The notes beneath the pieces are model-generated. The model saw nothing but the letters and a program-made list of their open reading frames with translations. It was not told the origin of the DNA and ran no database searches. A DNA stretch of 63,650 nt, filler included, from Octopus bimaculoides (lineage: Eukaryota): NCBI RefSeq assembly GCF_001194135.2. It is 4 parts of 3 records of this genome, joined end to end, with 100 filler letters (N's around TTAATTAATTAA, not from the genome) between each part and the next. Parts side by side here need not be neighbours in the genome. Positions count along the whole stretch, not along the records: positions 46,990 to 63,650 come from NC_068986.1; 3 more parts are not named here. One strand, 5' to 3'. Numbering within the stretch: the first letter of the stretch is position 1; the number at the start of each line of letters is the position of its first letter. A program made the position numbers and the translations under genes. Shown piece by piece: positions 51,690-63,650 of the stretch.

Positions 51690-52072
51690 NNNNNNNNNNN
51701 NNNNNNNNNNNNNNNNNNNNNNNNNNNNNNNNNNNNNNNNNNNNNNNNNNNNNNNNNNNNNNNNNNNNNNNNNNNNNNNNNNNNNNNNNNNNNNNNNNNN
51801 NNNNNNNNNNNNNNNNNNNNNNNNNNNNNNNNNNNNNNNNNNNNNNNNNNNNNNNNNNNNNNNNNNNNNNNNNNNNNNNNNNNNNNNNNNNNNNNNNNNN
51901 NNNNNNNNNNNNNNNNNNNNNNNNNNNNNNNNNNNNNNNNNNNNNNNNNNNNNNNNNNNNNNNNNNNNNNNNNNNNNNNNNNNNNNNNNNNNNNNNNNNN
52001 NNNNNNNNNNNNNNNNNNNNNNNNNNNNNNNNNNNNNNNNNNNNNATATATACATATGCATATGTGGGTAGA

Positions 52073-52370
52073 GGACGTCACCAACAGTAAACAACATGAA
52101 ATACGAAAACAAATTAATTCAATGCGCAAACAACGACAGAAACAAATGGCAAACAGGACAAGTTACTCAAGCAACGACGTATGGGAGCAACTGTCTTCGA
52201 AGACTCATATCGTCGTTCAGTGCACGAAATGAGGAGTAGACAGACAGCCGACAACTGATGAAGGGTCGTTCTTTATGTTACTTGTCCTGTTTTCCATTTG
52301 TTTCTCTCGTTGTTTGCGTATTGAACCCATTTGTTTTCGTATTTCATGTTGTTTACTGTAGGTGACGTCC
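52073..52370. repeat. Inverted repeat with ~93-106-bp arms (Penelope inverted-pLTR-like or MITE)
   Basis: GGACGTCACCAACAGTAAACAACATGAAATACGAAAACAAA... at 52073 is mirrored at 52278-52370 with few mismatches. Confidence 0.9.
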
Positions 52371-52759
52371 CGTACCAATATATGTATATGTATGTATGCA
52401 TGTATGTATGTACCTGTTTAATGTTGACGGTCGGAAGAGTCGTAACTTGCCAGAACACCCTGTGCAGCCACAGGTGAAAATTTGAGTAACAAGAGACTGA
52501 CTCGACGAAACTTATATTTACAAAGGTTTATATATAGATATGTGCGTGCGTGTGTGTATACACACGCACGCAGACAAACATATATATACATATCTACACA
52601 TACACAATCACACACACACACACATACACACATATATTTTCTTTGACAAGTTAAAATTCATGGACTTCAATTTGAAAAAAAAAAATGAAATAAAAAAAAG
52701 AAGAACGGATTAATGATTTCCTGTAAGCGCCGTGTAAATTTTCTGCAGTCAAGAGTAAC

Positions 52760-53130
52760 TCAGAGTCAGATTTATAAAATTGGCTTTTAATTAACAGAAT
52801 CAATTTTACTCAGACAAAAATGTAATGATTTTCGATGGTTTAAGAACTTTACCAAAAAAATGCAGCCATCTAAGACCTACTTTAGCATTATTGGATGACG
52901 CAATAAAACAAATATTAGTTCGCAGATCCGTAATACAGCCAAAAAGAAGTTTCATCTTCAAGGCTGAAATCCCCACTTCTGAATTTTGCAAACCAACTTC
53001 TGCAAGTTCTTTCATTCAAGCATTCTTTCCCACAAACTGAATGTATGTTTCGAGTCGCTTCGGCTGCAGAGTTTCCTTTCTTGTACTCATAAAGCATTAT
53101 GTGCTTCAAACGCTCTTTGGATACTTCCAT
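52760..53130 (-). pseudogene. Mariner transposase N-terminal HTH relic
   Basis: MEVSKERLKHIMLYEYKKGNSAAEATRNIHSVCG...ERTCRSWFAKFRSGDFSLEDE is the classic mariner HTH; frameshifted afterwards. Confidence 0.92.
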
Positions 53131-53424
53131 GTCAGAAAGGGNNNNNNNNNNNNNNNNNNNNNNNNNNNNNNNNNNNNNNNNNNNNNNNNNNNNNNNNNNN
53201 NNNNNATATGGATCCTGGGTGACAACCACTGTTCTTGAGTAATTCTTTTAGAATGACAATTTGTCAGTCATTTTTCAGAATTGGCTGCAAGAATGCTTTT
53301 ATATTTATTATTTTATTATTTTATTCTTTTATATGTTTCAGCCTTGAGGCTGTGGCTATTTTGGGGCACCGCCAGTTTAATCACCTTTTAATTGCCCAAT
53401 TCTATGGAATTGGCTTTTGGTGAA

Positions 53425-53770
53425 GGAGGGAGTTCGATACTACTGCTCTCTTTTGAGTTTCCTGCCTTGATATTGGTTCATCTGGGATCTTGAATAGCTG
53501 TGGGTCCTTGGTCCTCATCTTAGATGAGATAGCTGGGACTTTTGGAACTGCGCAATGACGTCCAATTCGGGGTTTGGTATAACTCTCAATTCCAAAGTTT
53601 GGTGCCTTGCCCTTCCAGTACCTTCCAGTACCTTCCATACATTTATCATTGCGTACCTCTCCCGTCTTCGCTCCAGAGAGTAGAGTTGTAACTCTTTCAG
53701 TCTCTCCCAGTAGCTCAGCTGTTCCATTGATGCAATCTTCCTCGTGTAGTATCGCTGAACCGCCCCAAGT
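53425..53770 (-). pseudogene. CR1/Jockey-group LINE ORF2 C-terminal fragment
   Basis: LSYWERLKELQLYSLERRRERY.MI.VWKVLEG, then GRHC.VP and PQLF..P in shifted frames. Confidence 0.88.
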
Positions 53771-53959
53771 TCTGCTATTAACCCTATAGTGTAAGGTGAC
53801 CACAGTTATTTTTCCTGAACCTTATCATGCAAAAATTCTTCCCACAATTCATTACACACACATATAGGGATACAATAACCCTGAAGAAGCCAAGGGCTTG
53901 TATTGTTTATAGCATAGACGACAACAACTGAAATTTGAAAATGCCAGTGCGTCGAACAA

Positions 53960-54325
53960 TATGATTTCTTCCGGCTCTTTATTTTCTGTGTTCAAATCTC
54001 TCCGAAGTCCACTTTGCCTTTTATTCTTTTGGGATCGATAAAATAAAACACTGGGGTTGATGGTATCGCCTTACCCCTCCCCTCAAAATTGCTGATCTTG
54101 CATCAAAACTAGAATGAATTATTATTGATTTCAAATTTTGACGCAAGGCCGGCAATTTTGGAGGAGGGATAAGTCGTTTACACCGACCCCAGTGTTTTAC
54201 TGGTACTTTATTTTATCGACCCCGAAAAGACGAAAGGCAAAGTCATCCATGGCGGAATTTGAACTCAACATAAAGTCGGAAGGAATGCTGCTAAGCAATT
54301 TTCCCTGCGCGGTAACGAATCTACG
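53960..54325. mobile_element. Tail-to-tail pair of family B SINEs (+ ~53960-54125; - ~54130-54325)
   Basis: Core present in both orientations, almost abutting. Confidence 0.8.
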
Positions 54326-54804
54326 ATGAAAATGTATCATATCTAAAAATACAATTTATTGAAATGAACAGAAACCCTCTTTTCTTTAAAGCAAAAAAAA
54401 AATAATCATATATAATAATACAAAATAAAAAAAGGGTGCGTGTGAGTGTGTGCGGGGTCTTATTTCTTGTGTTTTCAGCACCAGAAATAATCACAGCCAG
54501 ATTAAATACCTTAATTAGGAAAAAAGATATTAGTAGGTAGCTAACAGTACACTTTGGCCGAGCAAGCAAGGGGTTAATCCTTTATAATCCGTGTTAAGAA
54601 ACATTATCATTTAGTCCTAATTGATATAAAGGGTTATTCCGCTTCAAATATTTTTACATATATACACGTATGCATATTAGAGCTAAACTCAGTTTATTGC
54701 TTAAGCTCTTTCGGAATTTCTAAATGGAAAAAAAAAACGTAAGAGTAGAGAAGAAGAAGAAGAAGAAGAAGGGGGAGAAGAGATCCACATTGTTGAAACT
54801 TACA

Positions 54805-54815
54805 GCGCATGCGCA
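54805..54815. promoter_or_regulatory. NRF1-like palindromic site
   Basis: GCGCATGCGCA in a CpG-retaining unique segment; motif match only. Confidence 0.4.
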
Positions 54816-54975
54816 ATATCTACGCCGTTTGTTAGAACGAACGAAATACTATGAACATAGTCGGGAGCAAACTGTCATTTGGTATCGATCTAGAAAGAAG
54901 TAGATAATAAAAATAAAATTGAAGGAAAAACTAAAACAATAAAAAAATGAAACTTGCAACAGTTGGTTGAGCGAG

Positions 54976-55039
54976 ATGAGAGAGGTGGCGATGGGGGTGG
55001 TTGTGGTGATGGTGACAGTGGTGGTGGTGGTTGCGAGGT
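54976..55039 (+). CDS. Candidate first coding exon encoding a signal-peptide-like sequence
   Basis: MREVAMGVVVVMVTVVVVVAR followed by phase-1 donor GTAAGT at 55040; partly a GTG repeat, so it may be chance. Confidence 0.3.
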
Positions 55040-55090
55040 GTAAGTCGAGTTTCCACAGCAGAGTCGGCATGACCTTTTCTTGTTCATCGT

Positions 55091-55104
55091 ATTTCCATGG
55101 CAAC
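55091..55104. promoter_or_regulatory. RFX X-box-like motif
   Basis: ATTTCCATGGCAAC versus consensus GTTGCCATGGCAAC. Confidence 0.35.
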
Positions 55105-55688
55105 AATACATCGATGCTTTATTGGCGGTTCTTTAAATCGAAAAAGAAAAAAAAAATAGAAAAGGAGAATAAAATGAATCAAGAATAATCGAGAAAATTC
55201 GAGAAAAATCCCTACAAAATTTTTATGAAAATGAACGTCGTGTTTGACAAGAGNNNNNNNNNNNNNNNNNNNNNNNNNNNNNNNNNNNNNNNNNNNNNNN
55301 NNNNNNNNNNNNNNNNNNNNNNNNNNNNNNNNNNNNNNNNNNNNNNNNNNNNNNNNNNNNNNNNNNNNNNNNNNNNNNNNNNNNNNNNNNNNNNNNNNNN
55401 NNNNNNNNNNNNNNNNNNAGAGATGGTTTGGTTATGTTGATGTTGGTGGTGGGGATTGATAAATATGAATGGTGATAGTGGTGCTGGTGCTGGTGGTGTC
55501 GGTGGTGGTGGTGGTGCTGGTGCTGGTGGTGTTGGTGGTGGTCGTGGTGGTGGTGTTAATTGTGGAGTGTTTATGGAGGTGGTCGTGAGAGGATTTGAGA
55601 ATTGAGACAAGAATGCGAGAATGTAAGACTATATGTGAAGGAGATATATATTTATGACAAGGATGCTTATTTATAATTTCTATGGTGG

Positions 55689-55745
<57 letters not shown>

Positions 55746-56217
55746 CGATGATGATGATAATGGTGATGACTACGGCAGTTGTGTAGGCGGCCGTGATTGT
55801 ATTGATGGTGGTGGTGGTGGTGGTGGTGGNNNNNNNNNNNNNNNNNNNNNNNNNNNNNNNNNNNNNNNNNNNNNNNNNTGTTGATGCTGATGATGATGAT
55901 GATGATGATGATGATAAAGAAGAAGAAGAAGAAGAAGAAGAAGAAGAAGAAGAAGAAGAAGAAGAAGAAGAAGAAGAAGAAGAAGAAGAAGAAGAAGATA
56001 CCAGAAAGACAGGTATGCGAAGAAGATCAAAGGAAAAATAAGATTATGCGAAACTGGAGACAACGATTAAAAGACGAAGAAGATAAAGAAAAAGAAAAGC
56101 GAAAAATAAAAGAAAGAAAGAAAAGTTGAAGAATGTTTGAGAAGAAATAAAATTGCAGACGATATGGAATATATGTGAAGTAGATAAGGTGAGGCTGATG
56201 GAGAAAGAAAAAGAAAT

Positions 56218-56244
56218 GGTGTGTGTGTGTGGGTGTGTGTGTGT

Positions 56245-56292
<48 letters not shown>

Positions 56293-56317
56293 GTGTACGT
56301 ACATACACACGCTTAGA

Positions 56318-56350
<33 letters not shown>

Positions 56351-56437
56351 GGACAGGTAGATAGACAGACGGACGGACAGATAGACAGACGGACAGATAG
56401 ACAGACGGACAGATAGACAGATAGACAGACAGATAGA

Positions 56438-56487
<50 letters not shown>

Positions 56488-56524
56488 GTTAGTTAGATAG
56501 ATAGATAGATAGATAGATAGATAT

Positions 56525-56565
<41 letters not shown>

Positions 56566-56580
56566 CAGAGAGGCAGACAG
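56218..56580. repeat. (TG)n then (GATA)n/(GACA)n/(GACG) compound microsatellite
   Basis: Direct. Confidence 0.95.
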
Positions 56581-56929
56581 NNNNNNNNNNNNNNNNNNNN
56601 NNNNNNNNNNNNNNNNNNNNNNNNNNNNNNNNNNNNNNNNNNNNNNNNNNNNNNNNNNNNNNNNNNNNNNNNNNNNNNNNNNNNNNNNNNNNNNNNNNNN
56701 NNNNNNNNNNNNNNNNNNNNNNNNNNNNNNNNNNNNNNNNNNNNNNNNNNNNNNNNNNNNNNNNNNNNNNNNNNNNNNNNNNNNNNNNNNNNNNNNNNNN
56801 NNNNNNNNNNNNNNNNNNNNNNNNNNNNNNNNNNNNNNNNNNNNNNNNNNNNNNNNNNNNNNNNNNNNNNNNNNNNNNNNNNNNNNNNNNNNNNNNNNNN
56901 NNNNNNNNNNNNNNNNNNNNNNNNNNNNN

Positions 56930-56981
<52 letters not shown>

Positions 56982-57447
56982 GCAAAAAATAAATGAAAGA
57001 TTTGTATCAAAATCGAATTTGTTATTAGCTTCCATTTTTACATTTTAAGGATGCCTTACATTTAACGAAGGAAACGCCGTTGATATATAAGGATAAAACT
57101 CCTCCCAAGGGATTTTTAAACCCAATATTCTACACGCTATTATTTGTAGCTTTATCCATTTCGAGATATATTATTACACATAATTTACTTTATATCTCTC
57201 AAAATTTCCAAATTCTTATAATGTAACCATCTTACAATCCTTGCAGGTGAGAAGAAAACTTCTAAGATGGACGAATTAAGATCGGAGCGCCGCTTTGGTA
57301 TAATAGTTAGTACGTTGAACATGTTTTTAAAAGATGTGGGTTCGTGACCCACAAACAGCTTTCGACTTTTTCCATCCAAGATATTTTTTTAACCCTGTAT
57401 TCTACGTGTTGTTATTTACTTCGGATTTCATCGTTAAAAACAATATA

Positions 57448-58140
57448 CAGACTGTCCTCATTTAACGACCTACCTATTTAACGACCTACCTATTTAATGA
57501 TCACTCGGAGTTACGATGAACTTTACGAGCCGTCATTACATATTTTACAAAATAGAAGTTGAGGCGTTGGATCCAAATTTTGAGCGATTTTCCAAGGTGG
57601 AAAGGCAGACAACTGAACTTTTCCGATGTTATCAAGAAATTTATGACGAAAAAAAGAAGATAACAAAGCAAACAACACTGACGGGATTTTTCATGAATTT
57701 TGATGTCAAGAATGAGTTGCTTTTGTAATCTTTATCCAAAGTAAAACAAAGTTATTATGTTTGAGTTTCCTTAAAACTTTTCACCTTTTCTATATAATCC
57801 TGAGAAAAGTTTATTAGGCATCTTATGTACTGGGCCTGGAATCACAAACATAATTACGATGTCTGAGCTACAATAATACAGTATCCATATCCTAACTTTT
57901 AAGGTTTTCCTTGAGATAATCTTACTGTTACTTATTCATTTTTCAACAATTTATGTTAGTGATTCTTGGCCCTGTACTGCATATACTTTATACAGTACGG
58001 TATTCTGTTTTTATATGTACGTACAGTACACTACACCTATTAAAAAAAAATACGTACCCTATGAATATTCGTTTAACGACGAATTTGCTTAACGACGGGG
58101 CTGTTGGAACATAACTCAGTCGTTAAATGAGGACAGTCTG
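57448..58140 (+). mobile_element. pogo/Tigger-like non-autonomous DNA transposon
   Basis: Perfect 22-bp TIR CAGACTGTCCTCATTTAACGAC, TA TSDs, internal DPNFERFSKV...CYQEIYDEKK...QTTLTGFF resembling a Tigger C-terminus. Confidence 0.93.
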
Positions 58141-58669
58141 TATATTGTATCCGACGAAATATCTTAATTCTTATAAGATATCAGTTGATTTCACTTTAAA
58201 AGTTAGAGGTTTTTATCATTATTTGGATAACCTCCTGCTGTTTATAAATAATCACCATAGCAAGATGAACTGAGTAAAGTGTCCTGTTTAAGAAAACAAC
58301 AATGAATTGTGTAGGACGTCAGAAAATCGGGTTGTCAGCTATACAAACAAAATGGCTGAGATTTTTATGGCAACAGGAAGTTCAATGCCTCATTTCTGGT
58401 ACGGGTAGCTTTAGCCGGTCTGGTCAATGAATTAGATAAATGTAAATGAAAATGGTGACGGTTGGTGGTCGAGGCTTCTATCATTATACATTTTTAAAGT
58501 ACTTTTGCAGGTTTCAGTCATTGGTCTGCGACCATGCTGGGATAAAGACTTCAAAGATTTTTACTCGTTAATATCGACCTTATTTATTTTCGGTCTGGTA
58601 CTTACATCGATCTCTATTTATCGGAAGGCTATTTTACCATTTTGGATAAAATGGACCAACACCCGTAAT

Positions 58670-58865
58670 TATAGTTATGGGTTTCAAATTTTGACACAAG
58701 GCCAGTAATGGAGTAAGTCGATTACATCGACTCCAGTACTTATTTTACCGACCCTGAAAGGATGGAAGACAAAGTCGACCTCGGTGGAATTTGAAATCAG
58801 AACAGAAGGATGGACGAAATGCCGCTTAACATTTTGTCCGGCGTGCCAACGATTCTGCCAACTCG
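58670..58865 (-). mobile_element. SINE family B
   Basis: Reverse complement of the core and head. Confidence 0.85.
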
Positions 58866-59084
58866 ACACCTTTGGTAAATCATATATATTTGTGTGTATG
58901 AATGTCTGTGTGAGTGTTTGTGTGTGTGTGTGAGTGTTTGTGTGTTGTGTGTGTTTGTGTGAGTGTTTGTGTGTGTGTGCGTGTGTGTGTATGGAACTTT
59001 TGTATTGTATACATAAAACGGCGAACAGTGAAGGTAAAAAGATGGAATGAATGAAAGTGAAACCGTATCATGATCATAAGTACG

Positions 59085-59463
59085 TGGCACTCCGTCGCTT
59101 ACGACAACGAGGGTTCCACTTGATTCGATCAACAGAATAGCCTACTCGTGAAATTAACGTGCAAGTGGCTGAGCACTCCACAGACACGTGTACCCTTAAC
59201 GTAGTCCTCGGTGAGATTCAGCGTGACACAGAGTGCGACAAGGCTGGCCCCTTTGAAATACAAGTACAACAGAAACAGGAAGAAAGAGTGAGAGAAAGTT
59301 GTGGTGAAAGAGTACAGCAGGGTTCGCCGCCACCCACTATCGGAGCCTCGTGGAGCTTTAGGTGTCTTTGCTCAATAAACACTCACAACGCCCAGTCTGG
59401 GAATCGAAACCGGATCCTACGACCACAAGTCGCTGCCCTATCCACTGGGCCATTTCGCCTCCA
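59085..59463 (-). mobile_element. SINE family C, long variant
   Basis: Minus strand tRNA head (TGGCCCAGTGG; GGTTTCGATTCCC); 3' part shared with 14233-14522. Confidence 0.85.
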
Positions 59464-59790
59464 CGTGATCATCAGCAATAAGCATTGTATTGAACAGTGA
59501 TGTCTGCTAGATTTCATAAATGACGTGAAGATGTTGTCTGTGGAAATGATGTCAGGTGAAGTCTGGTGAGAAGAGAGGAGACTACCTAAAGCTCCAGGGA
59601 GGGCGCGACATTTTCTTTTATTGTGTTGGTATATGTTACGTTGCATCATGGGAAATACAAAATGAAGACTGTGGTTTGCTGAGTCATGGAGTAGCAGTCG
59701 TTTTTCTTTTTGTCTGCCATTTTATGAACATAATACAAAGAATTATCATATGTCTACATCATTATTATTATGATATTCATTCTTCTTCTT

Positions 59791-59901
<111 letters not shown>

Positions 59902-59992
59902 GTTCAGTAGTTTTATTTTTATAACGTGCTTTCACTTCACTACCGAGCGCAGCTCTGTGCGCCTTGGGTATGTGCTGTGGTTTGCTGTGGTG
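59902..59992 (-). mobile_element. 3' end of (TAA)n-embedded non-LTR element, copy 2
   Basis: Near-identical to 44865-44955; runs into a gap. Confidence 0.65.
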
Positions 59993-61005
59993 NNNNNNNN
60001 NNNNNNNNNNNNNNNNNNNNNNNNNNNNNNNNNNNNNNNNNNNNNNNNNNNNNNNNNNNNNNNNNNNNNNNNNNNNNNNNNNNNNNNNNNNNNNNNNNNN
60101 NNNNNNNNNNNNNNNNNNNNNNNNNNNNNNNNNNNNNNNNNNNNNNNNNNNNNNNNNNNNNNNNNNNNNNNNNNNNNNNNNNNNNNNNNNNNNNNNNNNN
60201 NNNNNNNNNNNNNNNNNNNNNNNNNNNNNNNNNNNNNNNNNNNNNNNNNNNNNNNNNNNNNNNNNNNNNNNNNNNNNNNNNNNNNNNNNNNNNNNNNNNN
60301 NNNNNNNNNNNNNNNNNNNNNNNNNNNNNNNNNNNNNNNNNNNNNNNNNNNNNNNNNNNNNNNNNNNNNNNNNNNNNNNNNNNNNNNNNNNNNNNNNNNN
60401 NNNNNNNNNNNNNNNNNNNNNNNNNNNNNNNNNNNNNNNNNNNNNNNNNNNNNNNNNNNNNNNNNNNNNNNNNNNNNNNNNNNNNNNNNNNNNNNNNNNN
60501 NNNNNNNNNNNNNNNNNNNNNNNNNNNNNNNNNNNNNNNNNNNNNNNNNNNNNNNNNNNNNNNNNNNNNNNNNNNNNNNNNNNNNNNNNNNNNNNNNNNN
60601 NNNNNNNNNNNNNNNNNNNNNNNNNNNNNNNNNNNNNNNNNNNNNNNNNNNNNNNNNNNNNNNNNNNNNNNNNNNNNNNNNNNNNNNNNNNNNNNNNNNN
60701 NNNNNNNNNNNNNNNNNNNNNNNNNNNNNNNNNNNNNNNNNNNNNNNNNNNNNNNNNNNNNNNNNNNNNNNNNNNNNNNNNNNNNNNNNNNNNNNNNNNN
60801 NNNNNNNNNNNNNNNNNNNNNNNNNNNNNNNNNNNNNNNNNNNNNNNNNNNNNNNNNNNNNNNNNNNNNNNNNNNNNNNNNNNNNNNNNNNNNNNNNNNN
60901 NNNNNNNNNNNNNNNNNNNNNNNNNNNNNNNNNNNNNNNNNNNNNNNNNNNNNNNNNNNNNNNNNNNNNNNNNNNNNNNNNNNTATTATTATTATTATTA
61001 TTATT

Positions 61006-61672
<667 letters not shown>

Positions 61673-62031
61673 GGTACCGGGCCTCTTATCTGGCAACCTT
61701 GGGTCCGGAGGTGGTCCGGAGGTGGTCCGGAGGTGGTCCGGAGGTGGTCAGGAATTCTGGATTTTCCGGATTTCTGGATTTTCCGGATTTCTGGACACAG
61801 GCTAAATATATATGCCGAAAATATAAAATAAACAACGAAAAATAACGAACAAAATTGTATAACATATAGAGGAACTGGTATCATGTGACACATATGCCAC
61901 GGAAACCAAAACAAAACGGCCGCGCGGCGGACTACTACAGCCCGCGAAATTCAAAGCTAACCAGTTTCAAAAATAGCCGGGTTTCTGGTAATTCCGGTTT
62001 TATGAATTTCGGATAAGAGGTTCAGTACATG
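61673..62031 (-). mobile_element. Tc1/mariner-type MITE, copy 2
   Basis: TIR GTACCGGGCCTCTTATCTGG / CGGATAAGAGGTTCAGTAC; internal 11-bp unit x4. Confidence 0.8.
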
Positions 62032-62091
62032 TAATTATAGTATTACTTCATATTCTTTGTATGTGTACATCTATCTATCTATCTATCTATC

Positions 62092-62296
62092 TTTTATTCT
62101 TTTACTTGTTTCAGTCATATGACTGCGGCCATGCTGGAGCACCGCCTTTAGTCGAGCAAATCGACCCCAGGACTTATTCTTTGGAAGCCTAGTACTTATT
62201 CTATTGGTCGCTTTTTGCCGAACAGCTAAGTTACGGAGACGTAAACACACCACCATCGGTTGTCAAGCGATGGCGGGGGGGACAAACACAGACACA

Positions 62297-62330
<34 letters not shown>

Positions 62331-62803
62331 NNNNNNNNNNNNNNNNNNNNNNNNNNNNNNNNNNNNNNNNNNNNNNNNNNNNNNNNNNNNNNNNNNNNNN
62401 NNNNNNNNNNNNNNNNNNNNNNNNNNNNNNNNNNNNNNNNNNNNNNNNNNNNNNNNNNNNNNNNNNNNNNNNNNNNNNNNNNNNNNNNNNNNNNNNNNNN
62501 NNNNNNNNNNNNNNNNNNNNNNNNNNNNNNNNNNNNNNNNNNNNNNNNNNNNNNNNNNNNNNNNNNNNNNNNNNNNNNNNNNNNNNNNNNNNNNNNNNNN
62601 NNNNNNNNNNNNNNNNNNNNNNNNNNNNNNNNNNNNNNNNNNNNNNNNNNNNNNNNNNNNNNNNNNNNNNNNNNNNNNNNNNNNNNNNNNNNNNNNNNNN
62701 NNNNNNNNNNNNNNNNNNNNNNNNNNNNNNNNNNNNNNNNNNNNNNNNNNAACCCGGAACCATGTCGTTGATAAGCAAGCTACTTACCACACAGCCACGA
62801 CTG
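62092..62803 (-). mobile_element. SINE family A spanning a gap
   Basis: 3' half at 62092-62330; head at 62751-62803. Confidence 0.9.
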
Positions 62804-63650
62804 TATTACGTGTATACGAGTGCAAAAGCATTTCGGTGTATGTGCATGCCTGTCTTTATGTGTTTATATATGTGCGCTTGTGTGTATGTGTGTGATTTGC
62901 AAAACTATAATCGCAAGCACGTTATAAAACGTTCTCCTTATACGCCATTGCTGTCTTTCTGTGTACTGAGCACAATACGCATATAGATATGAATCCATTC
63001 ACATGAACAAGCATATATCATATAACTATATTAATTTTGATGATTCTACGTTTATTAGAAAAATAATTATCTCATATTACTTATCTGTATTCTCATTAGT
63101 ATTGTTTTCCGATTTCTTTTTCCATTTTATGATTTTTCTTCTATTATTTCTGGTGATTTTGTCAAGGAGTAATACCAGAGATATTTCAGATACACAACAC
63201 GTAAGCCCGTGTCGTGACTTCAGCTTGCTTCATTATAATTATCATTTGTTTATCGTAATTACTCTCTTATTTTGTTTCTCGATCAGGAGAAATGTGTGCG
63301 TATGTGTGTGTGTGTGTGAGTGAGAGAGACACTCTCTCACTTAGAGAAACTCTCTCTAGAAACTCACTTAGAGAAACTTAGAGAAACTCTTAGACACTCT
63401 CTCTTAGAGAAAGAGGGATGGAAGTAGGGAGAGAGAGAGAGAGGGAGAGAGAGAGAGAGAGAGAGAGAATGAGAGAGGTAAAGATATAATGGTGAGCACA
63501 TCGTATGATTTGAGTAACGTCATTACTGATTTATTGTATACAAGGCTTCAATGGCAGCCATTTTCCGCTTCGAACGCCCGTGCTCTTTCCAACACTTGCA
63601 CCAGAACACCACCAAGAGTTTCCGAGCTCACTTCTCTGATTTCTTTATTG

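Noticed and set aside
53878-53900. CCTGAAGAAGCCAAGGGC hammerhead-like start
   Set aside because: Stem II possible but no GAAAC or cleavage triplet follows.
55212-56129. Poly-P, poly-D, poly-E, poly-K and poly-L ORFs
   Set aside because: Trinucleotide microsatellites (GGT, GAT, GAA).
58505-58708. AG-preceded ORF as exon 2 of the 55-kb candidate gene
   Set aside because: Derived from degenerate SINE sequence.
63330-63415. CTTAGAGAAACT-type short tandem repeat
   Set aside because: Degenerate minisatellite arising from (CT)n/(GA)n; no further structure.

Overview
Draft-assembly eukaryotic DNA: AT-rich, many N gaps, very dense (TA)n/(CA)n/(TAA)n/(GAT)n/(GATA)n microsatellites. The repeat families match my recollection of coleoid cephalopod (probably Octopus) repeats; this is recall, not a search. 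No complete protein-coding gene, rRNA, functional tRNA or CRISPR array is supportable, and most ORF-track entries are microsatellite or gap artefacts. Identifiable content is retroposons (tRNA-headed SINE families A, B and C, RTE-type tails, and Penelope-like RT, CR1-like, HERO-like and Dong/R4-like fragments) and DNA-transposon relics (mariner/Tc1, pogo/Tigger, hAT-type MITE, FLYWCH-MULE). The best lead is a TSD-flanked tRNA-derived SINE (27098-27372) whose tail folds into a minimal type I hammerhead ribozyme. A second hammerhead-like motif of the same atypical architecture marks a ~219-bp head-to-tail unit (47236-47461) near a Penelope RT fragment. Other leads: (TAA)n-embedded elements, several long inverted repeats, a mitochondrial-like membrane ORF, a CpG-decay boundary near 29 kb, and a possible signal-peptide first exon near 55 kb.
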